64,000 nt of DNA from Gammaproteobacteria bacterium (GTDB taxonomy: Bacteria > Pseudomonadota > Gammaproteobacteria > Steroidobacterales > Rariloculaceae). The DNA lies in the NCBI GenBank assembly GCA_036381015.1, contig DASVDR010000045.1, positions 2,537 to 66,536 on the forward strand. The letters are read 5' to 3'. How positions within the stretch are numbered: the stretch's first letter is position 1; every line of letters starts with the position of its first letter. Shown here piece by piece: positions 46,513 through 55,165 of this stretch. The translations under genes and the position numbers were made by a program. The notes below the pieces were generated by a model that ran no database searches, was not told the DNA's origin, and saw nothing but the letters and a program-made list of their open reading frames with translations.

Positions 46513-47910
46513 TCAGGAGCCTTCGGGGCAAATGCCTTCCTCGCCGACCGCGGCCGTCTCCGGAAACGGGGCCCCGCCGCCGGGTCCGGTCAGGCTCACG
46601 CTCGTCGACAACGTGAATCGCGCGTCTCCTTCGCCGAACGCCGCCTCGGCGAACATCGCCTTGTAGCCGCCGATCGGAGCGGCGTCCTCGAAGACGAAGA
46701 CGCCGTCCTCGGCCGGCTCCGCGGGCCGCGACGAAAACCGCTCCTCGCGGAAGTCGGTGTCCTCGGAAGCCGCCGTCCAAACGCTGACGGCGGCGGGAAC
46801 GGGGTCGCCCGTGACGCAGACGCGAAGGCCGTCCGACCCGTTCTCGAACTCCCACTCGAGCCGCGGCAGCGGCTCGTCCGCTTCGCCGTTGCGATGCATC
46901 GCGTCGAGCGCCGGGATCAGCCGCGCGAGATCCTCGATGTCGTGGCCGTCGTTCGGGAGGTAGAGCACCCGTTTAGGCTCCGGCAGGCCGTTCCAGTAGA
47001 GATTCAGCGAGTCGATCGGGAAATAGGCGTCGTTCGTCGCGATGACGACGAGCTTCGGCTGCGTGAGCTGGCGGCGATAGCTGTAGGGGTCGACGATGCG
47101 TCGCAGCGCGCCTCCCTGGTCCGTGCCGAGCACGTCATCGAGCCCTCGGCTCGTATAAGGAGCGATCTCTTGCGACAACGCGCCCCAGATCGCCTCCTGG
47201 TGAGGCAGGTGGGCCTCGAAGTTCAAGACGTCGATGACGATCGGCACGAGCGTCGCCGCGCGCGGCTCGACCGCGCCCGTGAGCCAGGTCGTCCAGCCGC
47301 GCTTCGAGCCGCCCAGCACCGTGAAGCGCTCGATGCCGAGGTTCCACTCGGTCGACGTGAAAGCCTGCACGGCGTCCATCGCGCGAACGGCCGACTTCAC
47401 CATCGGCAGCAACAAGGGCCACTCCGCGTCGCCGGTTTCGAGAAATTCCTGAAACGTGTGCGCGATCAGATCGTCCTCGCGCAATCCGAACATCGGCTGG
47501 AACGGCACCTGGGCGAGAACGGCGACCACCGTGCCGAGCTCCTGGGCAATCCCGATGAAGAGCGGCGCCTCCTCGGGGAGCTCCGCAGCCGTGTTCGTGT
47601 CGTAGCTTTCGCGCCAGCGGCCGCCGCCGATGACGAGCATGCCCTGGCGAATTCCGGGATCGATGTCGTCGGGCCTGATGAGATAGAGCTGGTGCTTCCA
47701 CAACACGTCGCGCCAGGTTTGCGAGTGCAAACGAAGCTCGACGACCTCGGCGCCCGGCGCCTGGTAGCGCGCTTGCACATGCCAGCTGAAGGTCGGGTCG
47801 GGCGCCTCGACGTAATCCCGGAGCGCGGTCTCGGGCGGGCTGTCCGGCTCCGCATGCACGCCGCCGGCGAGTAGACCGAGCAGTGCCAGAGCCGCGGTAT
47901 TTCTGTTCAT
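46513..47910 (-). CDS. pqaA: PhoPQ-activated pathogenicity-related protein PqaA family (exported hydrolase)
   Basis: Signal peptide; SQTWR...WKH, QVPFQP, PMVKSAVRAMD, GGSKRGWTTW, DPYSY, YLPNDGH. Confidence 0.85.
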   Translation of the reverse strand: MNRNTAALALLGLLAGGVHAEPDSPPETALRDYVEAPDPTFSWHVQARYQAPGAEVVELRLHSQTWRDVLWKHQLYLIRPDDIDPGIRQGMLVIGGGRWRESYDTNTAAELPEEAPLFIGIAQELGTVVAVLAQVPFQPMFGLREDDLIAHTFQEFLETGDAEWPLLLPMVKSAVRAMDAVQAFTSTEWNLGIERFTVLGGSKRGWTTWLTGAVEPRAATLVPIVIDVLNFEAHLPHQEAIWGALSQEIAPYTSRGLDDVLGTDQGGALRRIVDPYSYRRQLTQPKLVVIATNDAYFPIDSLNLYWNGLPEPKRVLYLPNDGHDIEDLARLIPALDAMHRNGEADEPLPRLEWEFENGSDGLRVCVTGDPVPAAVSVWTAASEDTDFREERFSSRPAEPAEDGVFVFEDAAPIGGYKAMFAEAAFGEGDARFTLSTSVSLTGPGGGAPFPETAAVGEEGICPEGS

Positions 47911-47942
47911 GAGCGAATCAGTGCAAGCGGCATGCCATCCAC

Positions 47943-48010
47943 GTGCATTCGGTGCCGGACATGCGTACGGTGCCCGACATGCGTTCGGTGCATTCGGTAC
48001 CGGACACGCA
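47943..48010. repeat. Degenerate 18-bp tandem repeat in a divergent intergenic region
   Basis: CATTCGGTGCCGGACATG / CGTACGGTGCCCGACATG / CGTTCGGTG / CATTCGGTACCGGACACG. Confidence 0.5.
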
Positions 48011-48116
48011 TTGCAAGGGCATTCGAGCGCGGTCGCGGCATGACCGGCGCGTCCGCGAGCGAGGCACCGGTCGTCCGCGAGCTCGAGCGTCGCGCCGAAT
48101 TCATCGAGGATGCTCT

Positions 48117-50012
48117 ATGATGAGGCTCGAGGCGAATCGCATGACTCTCCCCGGGAAGAAAATCGTTCTCGCGGCCGCAGCGCTCGCTTTCCTGTGCAGC
48201 GGCGCCGCGTCGGCGCAGCCCGAGTGGCGCTGGTCCCGATCTTCCAAGATCGTCGTGGTTCCGGACATTCACGGCGCGTACTCCGAGCTCGTGGCGCTCC
48301 TCGAAGCGACCGATCTCGTCGACGCGAACCTCGACTGGATCGGCGGCGATGCGACCTTGGTGACGCTCGGCGACCTGGTCGATCGAGGCGCGGGCTCGCG
48401 GAAGGTCCTGGACTTGCTGATGCGCTTGCAACGCCGCGCGGCGGAGCAAGGCGGCGCGGTGCACGTCCTGCTCGGGAACCACGAGCTCATGAATCTGACC
48501 GGAGATTTGCGCTACGTCTCGCAAGCCGATTATGCCGCGTTTACGGATGAAGAGTCGCCGGCTTTGCGTGCGTCGGCCTACGAGCGCTTCCTCGCCGACC
48601 GCCGCGCGGCGGGCGGCTCCGAAGCCGACGCGAGAGCCGCTTTCGAGCGTCTTTACCCGCCGGGCTTTTTTGCACGCGAGCGCGCCTTTCGGGCCGACGG
48701 CAGGTACGGGACGTGGCTGCTGACGCTGCCCGCGCTGATCGTCGTCAACGACACGGCGTTCGTTCACGGCGGGCTGCCCGAGATCGTGGCGAGCACCGGA
48801 GCGGCGGCGCTGAATCAGCAGATCGGCGACGACCTTCGCCGCTACCTGCGTCTGCGGGCCCGCCTCGTGGAAGCGGGAGTCTTACCCGCATTCGATCCCA
48901 GGCAGGACCTGGAGCTCGCGCGTGCGGCACGCGGGAACCTGCCGCCGGCGCCCGAAGCCCCGGCGCCCGATGTCCCCGCGTTCGACGCCGCGCCGCCCGA
49001 CGCGGAGCTTGCGAATCTGCTCGACGCGTTCCTCGCCCTCGCGGAGGCGCCGGAGCTCGGCGTCGACGGTCCGCTTTGGTACCGAGGCTCCGTGTACTGC
49101 AATCCGTTTCTGGAAGAGCCCGTGCTCGCGGCGGCGCTCGATCGGCTGGAAGCGGCGCGCGTCGTGGTCGGCCATACGCCGACGGAGGATCGCCGGCCGC
49201 GGGAGCTGTACGACGGCCGGCTCATCATGCTCGATACGGGGATGTTGACCGCTTACTACGCGGGCCGCCCCGCCGCGCTCGTCATTGACGGCGAGCGGAC
49301 GCTCGTGCAGGAGCTTGGAGCCGAGGAGCCGGTGCCGCTCGAGCGCGGGAGGCTCGAGGCGGACGGCCTCACGGAAGCGCAGGTGCTCGAAACGCTCTCG
49401 CAGGGAGCGGTGAAGGCCCTCGAGGACGGGGCGAGGTTTCGTGCGACCACCCGGGTGCAGGTGCTCCACAACGGCAAGAGCATCGAGGCCCTCTTTTATC
49501 CGCGGGGACGTGCGGCGGACCGCGAGCTTGCGGCCTATCGTCTCGACCGCCTGCTCAGTGTGAATCTCGTGCCGCCCACGGTCGAGCGTGAGGTCGAGGG
49601 GGAGCGCGGCGCCTTGCAGCTCGTGTATCGAGACGCGATCACCGAGTCCGAACGGATCGAGCAACGAACGCCGCTCGGCGGATGGTGCCCCATCGAGCCC
49701 CAAGCCGAGCTCATGCGGGTGTTCGACCTGTTGACCGCCAATACGGGGCGGACGGGAGACAACATCCTCTACCGTCGCGAATCTTCGGTGCTGAAGCTCG
49801 TCGACCACGCGGAGGCCTTCGGGGCCGCCGGCCGGCTGCGCCTGCGGCGAGGCTCGGTCGAGCTGACGCCGGCGCTTCGCGCTGCTCTCGCATCGCTCGA
49901 TCGAAATACGCTCGAATCGGCAATCGGGCAGTGGATCGACGCCGACGAGATCGAAGCCTTGCTCGAGCGGCGCGATGCGCTGCTCGAGCAAGCGGCGTCG
50001 TCCACCCGTTGA
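48117..50012 (+). CDS. Exported PPP-type metallophosphoesterase (Shewanella-like phosphatase) fused to a degenerate atypical kinase-like domain
   Basis: Signal peptide ending GAASA-Q; DIHG, GDLVDRG, GNHE, FVHGG, GHTP; C-terminal RELAAYRLDRLL..NLVPPTVER...FDLLTANTGR...NIL...LVDHAEAF. Start may be 48141. Confidence 0.85.
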   Translation: MMRLEANRMTLPGKKIVLAAAALAFLCSGAASAQPEWRWSRSSKIVVVPDIHGAYSELVALLEATDLVDANLDWIGGDATLVTLGDLVDRGAGSRKVLDLLMRLQRRAAEQGGAVHVLLGNHELMNLTGDLRYVSQADYAAFTDEESPALRASAYERFLADRRAAGGSEADARAAFERLYPPGFFARERAFRADGRYGTWLLTLPALIVVNDTAFVHGGLPEIVASTGAAALNQQIGDDLRRYLRLRARLVEAGVLPAFDPRQDLELARAARGNLPPAPEAPAPDVPAFDAAPPDAELANLLDAFLALAEAPELGVDGPLWYRGSVYCNPFLEEPVLAAALDRLEAARVVVGHTPTEDRRPRELYDGRLIMLDTGMLTAYYAGRPAALVIDGERTLVQELGAEEPVPLERGRLEADGLTEAQVLETLSQGAVKALEDGARFRATTRVQVLHNGKSIEALFYPRGRAADRELAAYRLDRLLSVNLVPPTVEREVEGERGALQLVYRDAITESERIEQRTPLGGWCPIEPQAELMRVFDLLTANTGRTGDNILYRRESSVLKLVDHAEAFGAAGRLRLRRGSVELTPALRAALASLDRNTLESAIGQWIDADEIEALLERRDALLEQAASSTR

Positions 50013-50118
50013 CCTTCAGCCGTGTCTGCCGGGCGCCGGGACCGCCTCGACGACGCAAGGGCGTCGTCCTTCGCGACACCCGTGCAGAGGGAGCGGATCC
50101 AAGCGCCGCAGCACCGTT

Positions 50119-52632
50119 TCAACGCGATGCATCCGGTGCCGATAGGCGCCGGCACGCGCGCACGATCTCCTCTCCCTCGGATGACCCGATCGCGCTGAAG
50201 AACTCGTCGAGATACGCCTGCGCCTTTTCGCGGGCGCGATCTTCGAGCCCGGGAATCTCGTCGACGAGCTCGGAGACCGCGGTTTGTCGGGTTAGAAAGC
50301 GCTCGAAGAGCGGCTGCCACTGGAGGTCCGAATGGCAGAAACCTCGATACAAGCGCTCCGTGACCGAACGGATCGGCAGCTTCGGCGACGGCCCGGCGTA
50401 GGAAGCGTCGACGAGGCCCGAGAAGTCGAAGTCGTACGGTACGGCCGTCACGAGCCCGTCGGCGTCGACGAAGCCGGCGACGTTGTGACCCGCGATCGCG
50501 GACCAGTCCGTGTTCCCGATCAGGTATTGAAACAGCTCGAAGGTGGCCAGCTCACGAGCATCGGTCTCGCCTGGATCGAGCTCGCCCTCCGGCTGCAACG
50601 TCGCGTGCAGCCGCTTCGCAAGAGAATCGAAGTGCTCGGTAAAGAAGGCGTAACGCTGAACCTCGCGGCTGCGTCGCCGCCCCTCGTCCCGATAGGTGAT
50701 TCGAGCGAGCCGAACCCGCAGGCTCTTGTCGGTCAGCAGGTTGTAGATTCGATACGCGAGGTACTCTTTCAGCACGTACTGCTCATAGGCAGCGCTCTCG
50801 CGGCAGTGAGTCGTCAGCGGCAGCATCGTTTGGCCTTCGAACGGCGTGCCTTCAGCCCCGGCGGCAAAGAACACGAACAGCGGCGGCACGGCGCAATTGC
50901 CGGACTCGTTCCGCCAAACGCCGCGCACGCGCAGACGAACGTCGACGCGCCGCTCCGCACCGTGCCCGTCGCTGACGACGAGCGTAGCCGGCGCGTCCGC
51001 GCAGTCCGACCGCGTCGTGCGGCGGCACAGCGCCTTCGAGGTCATCACGAGCTCCAGCGCGAGAGGTTCGCTTTCGGCGAACAGCGCGTCGCGCTCGAGG
51101 GGCTGCGAGTCGGCGATCAGCGGCTCGGTAGCCGCCGCCTCCGTGATCGTCGACTGGGCGGACGCGTCCTCGGGCGTCGAGAGCGTAACGACGGCCAGCG
51201 CGACAGCGGTCGCGCCGACTGCCGCCCATCGCCGAACGATAGCGGCCGCCCGCGGCGCGGCCCGGCGGCCGGGGTAGCGTTTGCCGATTTGCACGGTCAC
51301 GACGATCCAGACCAATGCGAGGAGCATGTTCACTGCGGCAAATTCGCGAAAACCGAAGCCGAGCCAATTGAGCCCCGCGTAAATCCAGCCGGCCTGCACG
51401 AGGTCGCCCAGGCGCCAGAAGAAGGTGTCGACCGCGGTCTTGCCCTCGTATTGATGCCTGGCCGGCAACGGCAAAAAGAGAGCGTGCCGAGCCGTGTTCA
51501 TGATCGAGTATTCGGTGCTGTTTTCGACAATCTTAACCGCGCGAATGATGCCGAAGATAGGCAGGAAAGCGGCCAGGCCGTAACCGATGAAGGCGACGAT
51601 CGGCAGGATCAGAATTGCTCCCTGAACTCCGATCCAGCGAAAGATCCGCGCTACCAAGCACATTTGCAGCAGCAGGCCGAGCGCGTTGACGGCCATGTAA
51701 TAGTTGCCGTAGAAGGACGCGATCAGATCGCCCTTGTCGAGTCCCGGATCGGCGGCGATCCGTTGATCGGCGTCGCGAATCACGAGCTCGGTCAATATGT
51801 ATTCGCCGGTCGTGTTCACGCAGTTGAGCAGCACGGCGAGCAGCGCGAGCAGCAGCAAGTAGCGATTGCCGAGCACGAGCGTGAATCCGTCGAGCAGGTG
51901 AGCAGAGCCACGACCGGCGGCCGACGGCGCTTGCTCCCGCCTGCCGGACTGCGGAGGCACCGCGTTCGCGCTGCGCTCGACGAGCGGCAGCGTGATCGCG
52001 AGCAGAACGACCGCGACCAGCATCAGGTTCCACGGGCCGAGCCACGGAAAGAGCACGCCGCTCAGCCGCGGTCCGACGAGCGCGCCGACCGCGGCGCCGG
52101 CCATGATCAGGGGAAAAAGGCGTTGGCCGGCCTCGAGGTTGAACGCATGAGCGGCGTGCGCCCAGAGTTGGGCGAGAATGGTGACGCCGAATACCCCGAC
52201 CCACACGTAGTAGGCGAAGCTCACGTCGACGCCGCTGCGACCGAGCAGATAGAAGAGGCCGAGATTGGCCATGAAGAACAGGGTGATCCAGCGGACGAGC
52301 AAGCGCGGTGCGGTGCGCTTGGCCAATCCGCTGTACAACGGCACGCCCACGAGCAAGACGGCCGCGATCGCACCGCAAGCGTAGCTCTTGAGCGCCGCCG
52401 AGCCGCCCGCGAGAAGCAGCGGCTCCCTGATCGTCTTCAAGACGTAGTAGCAGACGAGCAGCAGCAACGCGTAGGCCGCGAAGAGCGCCGCGCTTTTCCC
52501 CTCTCCCGGCCGGACGGTCGTGAACAGACCGAAAACCCGTTCGGAAAGCGAGCGCTTCGAAGCACGCCGAGCGGCGGCCGCGTCGGTTTCCGCCGCCAAG
52601 GATTCGAAGCCGGTCGTCGTCGCTGCGTTCAT
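50119..52632 (-). CDS. NTT/TLC (Npt1/Npt2-like ATP/ADP translocase) family transporter fused to a C-terminal CotH-like kinase-fold domain
   Basis: N-terminal about 12 TM with YYVLKTIREPL, YYVWVG, FNLEAGQRLFP, ENSTEYSIMNTARHALFLP, YEGKTAVDTFFWRLGD. Then an extra hydrophobic helix and RG..R...C..PPL, THC, KEYLAYRIYN, GNTDWS...HN, PYDFDFSG. Confidence 0.85.
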   Translation of the reverse strand: MNAATTTGFESLAAETDAAAARRASKRSLSERVFGLFTTVRPGEGKSAALFAAYALLLLVCYYVLKTIREPLLLAGGSAALKSYACGAIAAVLLVGVPLYSGLAKRTAPRLLVRWITLFFMANLGLFYLLGRSGVDVSFAYYVWVGVFGVTILAQLWAHAAHAFNLEAGQRLFPLIMAGAAVGALVGPRLSGVLFPWLGPWNLMLVAVVLLAITLPLVERSANAVPPQSGRREQAPSAAGRGSAHLLDGFTLVLGNRYLLLLALLAVLLNCVNTTGEYILTELVIRDADQRIAADPGLDKGDLIASFYGNYYMAVNALGLLLQMCLVARIFRWIGVQGAILILPIVAFIGYGLAAFLPIFGIIRAVKIVENSTEYSIMNTARHALFLPLPARHQYEGKTAVDTFFWRLGDLVQAGWIYAGLNWLGFGFREFAAVNMLLALVWIVVTVQIGKRYPGRRAAPRAAAIVRRWAAVGATAVALAVVTLSTPEDASAQSTITEAAATEPLIADSQPLERDALFAESEPLALELVMTSKALCRRTTRSDCADAPATLVVSDGHGAERRVDVRLRVRGVWRNESGNCAVPPLFVFFAAGAEGTPFEGQTMLPLTTHCRESAAYEQYVLKEYLAYRIYNLLTDKSLRVRLARITYRDEGRRRSREVQRYAFFTEHFDSLAKRLHATLQPEGELDPGETDARELATFELFQYLIGNTDWSAIAGHNVAGFVDADGLVTAVPYDFDFSGLVDASYAGPSPKLPIRSVTERLYRGFCHSDLQWQPLFERFLTRQTAVSELVDEIPGLEDRAREKAQAYLDEFFSAIGSSEGEEIVRACRRLSAPDASR

Positions 52633-52898
52633 CGTCTCATCCCCAAAGCGCCTTCGTGCTTCGCCGCTGCTCGCCCCGTATCTCGCTCGGACCGGCGCGC
52701 CATGGGTAAGAGAGTGCGCGCAAACGCTCTTAAGAGACTGATGCAAGAAGAATTGTTTTCATCGCGAAATCCGCGCAAACGTTCGGAGTTCTGCGGATTC
52801 CGGAAGGCGAGGGTGTGTTGCCGGCGCGTCGGCGCGCCGCTAACATCGTTCTCGGCTTCCCACCACGCGCCCGCGCGTAGGGGTCAACGGCAACTCCC

Positions 52899-54518
52899 AT
52901 GGACCAGCGACTGCGACGCGGCTTCCGCATCGGCGCATTCGACGTCGAGCCGCTCTCCGGACGCATCAGCGGCCCCGGCGGCGGCCAGCACGTCCAACCG
53001 AAGGTCATGGACGTGCTCGTCTATCTCGCCGAGCACGCGGGCGAGCTCGTCGAGCGGGACACGCTGCTCGAGCAAGTGTGGCGCCGGATCACCTCGGAGG
53101 AGGTCTTGACGCGCTGCATCAGCGAGCTGCGGCGGGCCTTGGGCGACGACCGGGGCAGCCCCCGCTACATTCAGACGGTGCCGAAACGCGGATACCGGCT
53201 CGTCGAGCCGATCGTGCTCGACCACGAGGAGAGCGAACGTACGCCGCAGGCCGCCGCGGATGGCGGTGCCGCCGCGACGGCCCCGCTGAACCCGCCTTCG
53301 CCCTCCAGCGCCATGGCCGCGATCGCCGTGCTGCCGTTCGAGAATCACTCTGCGGATCCGGCCGTCTCGTTCATCGGGGACGCGTTCGCGGCCGAGCTCC
53401 ACAGCACGCTCGCACGCGTCGACCGCCTGCGGGTCGCGTCCCGCCGCTCGTCGTTCGTCTTCAAGGATGCGAGCGTCGACATTCGCGAGATCGGCAGGAG
53501 ATTGAATGTCGACTACGTCATCTCGGGCAGCGTGCAATCCAGCAGCGGGTCCGTGCACGTCGTCGCCGAGCTCAACGACGCATCGGGCGGCACCCAGATC
53601 TGGGCGCAAAGCTACGACCGCAAGAGCGAGGATCTGCTCGCGATCGAAAGGGACGTCGCGGGGGCAATCGTCGGCTCGTTCACGACACATCGACTGCGGG
53701 CCGAGACCAATAGCGCGAGACACCGACCCACGAGCAGTCTCGATGCTTGGGGCCTCGTGCAAAAGGCGCGCGCTTTCGCGTTCGAGTACACGCCGAGCGG
53801 CCTGGCGGACGCGATCGAGCCGGTGCGCCGCGCGATCGAGCTCGACAAGGACTATCCGGCCGCGCACGCCATGTTGGCCTCGCTGCTCGTGGAGCGGCTC
53901 GTGAACGGCTGGAGCACGGAGCCGAAGCGCGACGAGTCGGCTGCGCTCGAAGCGGCGGAGAAGGCGGCGACGCTGGCGCCGCAGGACCCGTTCATCCAGA
54001 AGATGGCGAGCCTGGTATGGACCTATTTCGGCGACTACCGCAGGGCCATCGGCTGCCTGCGAAAGGCGGTCGAGTACGCCCCGTTCGATTTTGGCGCGTG
54101 GGGCTACATGGGCTGGCCGCTGACGGCCTCGGGGGAGGAAAAGGACTTGAGCGATCTGCACGGCATACTCGATCGCTTGTTGAGCATGGAGCCGCACCAC
54201 CCGGGGGTTGCGTTCTGGCGTTATCACGAGTCGGTCGCCGCCGTTTGCGAAGGCAAACTCGAAGACGCGCGGGCGTCGGCGGAAGCGGCGCTCGAGCTGC
54301 GGCCGAACCTATCGCTCGCCTGCATGCACCATGCGAACGTGCTCGGCCGGTTGAATCTCAAGAAGGCGGCTCAGGACGCGTTGGAGCGCTGTCGCAAGAT
54401 CAATCCCGCGATGACGCCGAAGCACTTCGAGTCACTGATCGAGCGCATGACCGACAACGAGAGCGTGATCGAGCACAGGCTGGGAGGCCTTCGCAAGATC
54501 GGTGCCTTGCGCGGCTGA
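52899..54518 (+). CDS. OmpR/CadC-type winged-helix regulator with TolB-like/TPR sensory region
   Basis: VQPKVMDVLVYL...LLEQVW...LTRCISELRRAL..YIQTVPKRGYRL; IAVLPFEN; TPR repeats; no TM. Confidence 0.9.
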   Translation: MDQRLRRGFRIGAFDVEPLSGRISGPGGGQHVQPKVMDVLVYLAEHAGELVERDTLLEQVWRRITSEEVLTRCISELRRALGDDRGSPRYIQTVPKRGYRLVEPIVLDHEESERTPQAAADGGAAATAPLNPPSPSSAMAAIAVLPFENHSADPAVSFIGDAFAAELHSTLARVDRLRVASRRSSFVFKDASVDIREIGRRLNVDYVISGSVQSSSGSVHVVAELNDASGGTQIWAQSYDRKSEDLLAIERDVAGAIVGSFTTHRLRAETNSARHRPTSSLDAWGLVQKARAFAFEYTPSGLADAIEPVRRAIELDKDYPAAHAMLASLLVERLVNGWSTEPKRDESAALEAAEKAATLAPQDPFIQKMASLVWTYFGDYRRAIGCLRKAVEYAPFDFGAWGYMGWPLTASGEEKDLSDLHGILDRLLSMEPHHPGVAFWRYHESVAAVCEGKLEDARASAEAALELRPNLSLACMHHANVLGRLNLKKAAQDALERCRKINPAMTPKHFESLIERMTDNESVIEHRLGGLRKIGALRG

Positions 54519-54626
54519 TCGCTAATCGCCGGGTGAGCACGGAGCGCACGACGGCGCCCGGAGGAGGAAGCACCTCTCTCCGGGCGGGCCGCGTGCCGAC
54601 CGTCGCGGGACCGCTCGACGGGCGAC

Positions 54627-54848
54627 TCACACGATCCCCATGTTGTTGACCGAGGAGACTCCGTCGGCGAGGGCGACCAGCACCGCGACGAGCAGAAGCG
54701 CCTGAAAAATCGCCTCGTCGAACAGCCATCCGAAGCGCGAAGGCTTGCGTCCCTGCCGCTCGCCGTCGGGGGCGGCGTTTCCGGGCGTCGTGTCGCGGCC
54801 GCCCATCGTGCTCTGCATATTGCCCTGATTGTGTTTCGTGTTGCTCAT
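54627..54848 (-). CDS. Small hypothetical membrane protein
   Basis: GGAG RBS before MSNTKH; C-terminal hydrophobic stretch AIFQALLLVAVLVALA. Confidence 0.45.
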   Translation of the reverse strand: MSNTKHNQGNMQSTMGGRDTTPGNAAPDGERQGRKPSRFGWLFDEAIFQALLLVAVLVALADGVSSVNNMGIV

Positions 54849-55020
54849 GACCGTGTCTCCGTTGCTCCGTTCCTCGATTCCGCTGCTTTCCGGGAGGTCG
54901 GTGAAAGGGAGCGGCTTCGCTTCGCGCTTCAGGGGACGTTCTGCTTGCCGCTCGTTCCCTCCGCCTTGGGACACAGTGTCGCGGAGCAGGGGGGCTTCTT
55001 TCCTGAGCGAAAGGAAATGC

Positions 55021-55044
55021 TTTTCTGCGCATTTCTGCGGATTC
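55021..55044. promoter_or_regulatory. Putative operator: about 11-bp-period direct repeat TTCTGCG(C/G)AT
   Basis: TTTTCTGCGCATTTCTGCGGATTC; its last 12 bp recur exactly at 52789-52800. Confidence 0.35.
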
Positions 55045-55165
55045 GCGCGTTCCTCCGCGTCCATCGGACGAGCGCGTCGATTCGCCGGCGAGAGGGGCTT
55101 CCGAGAGGCTCGGGCCTGATAAGATGGACGCAAGCGTCATCGAACAGAGGGACGGAGCGAGAACT

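Noticed and set aside
47943-48116. N-terminal repeat extension (HSVPDM...) of the phosphatase
   Set aside because: Better RBS-linked starts at 48117 or 48141 give a normal signal peptide; the repeat is treated as intergenic.
50332-53109. 925-aa plus-strand ORF
   Set aside because: Antisense shadow of the NTT-kinase fusion, which has clear family motifs.
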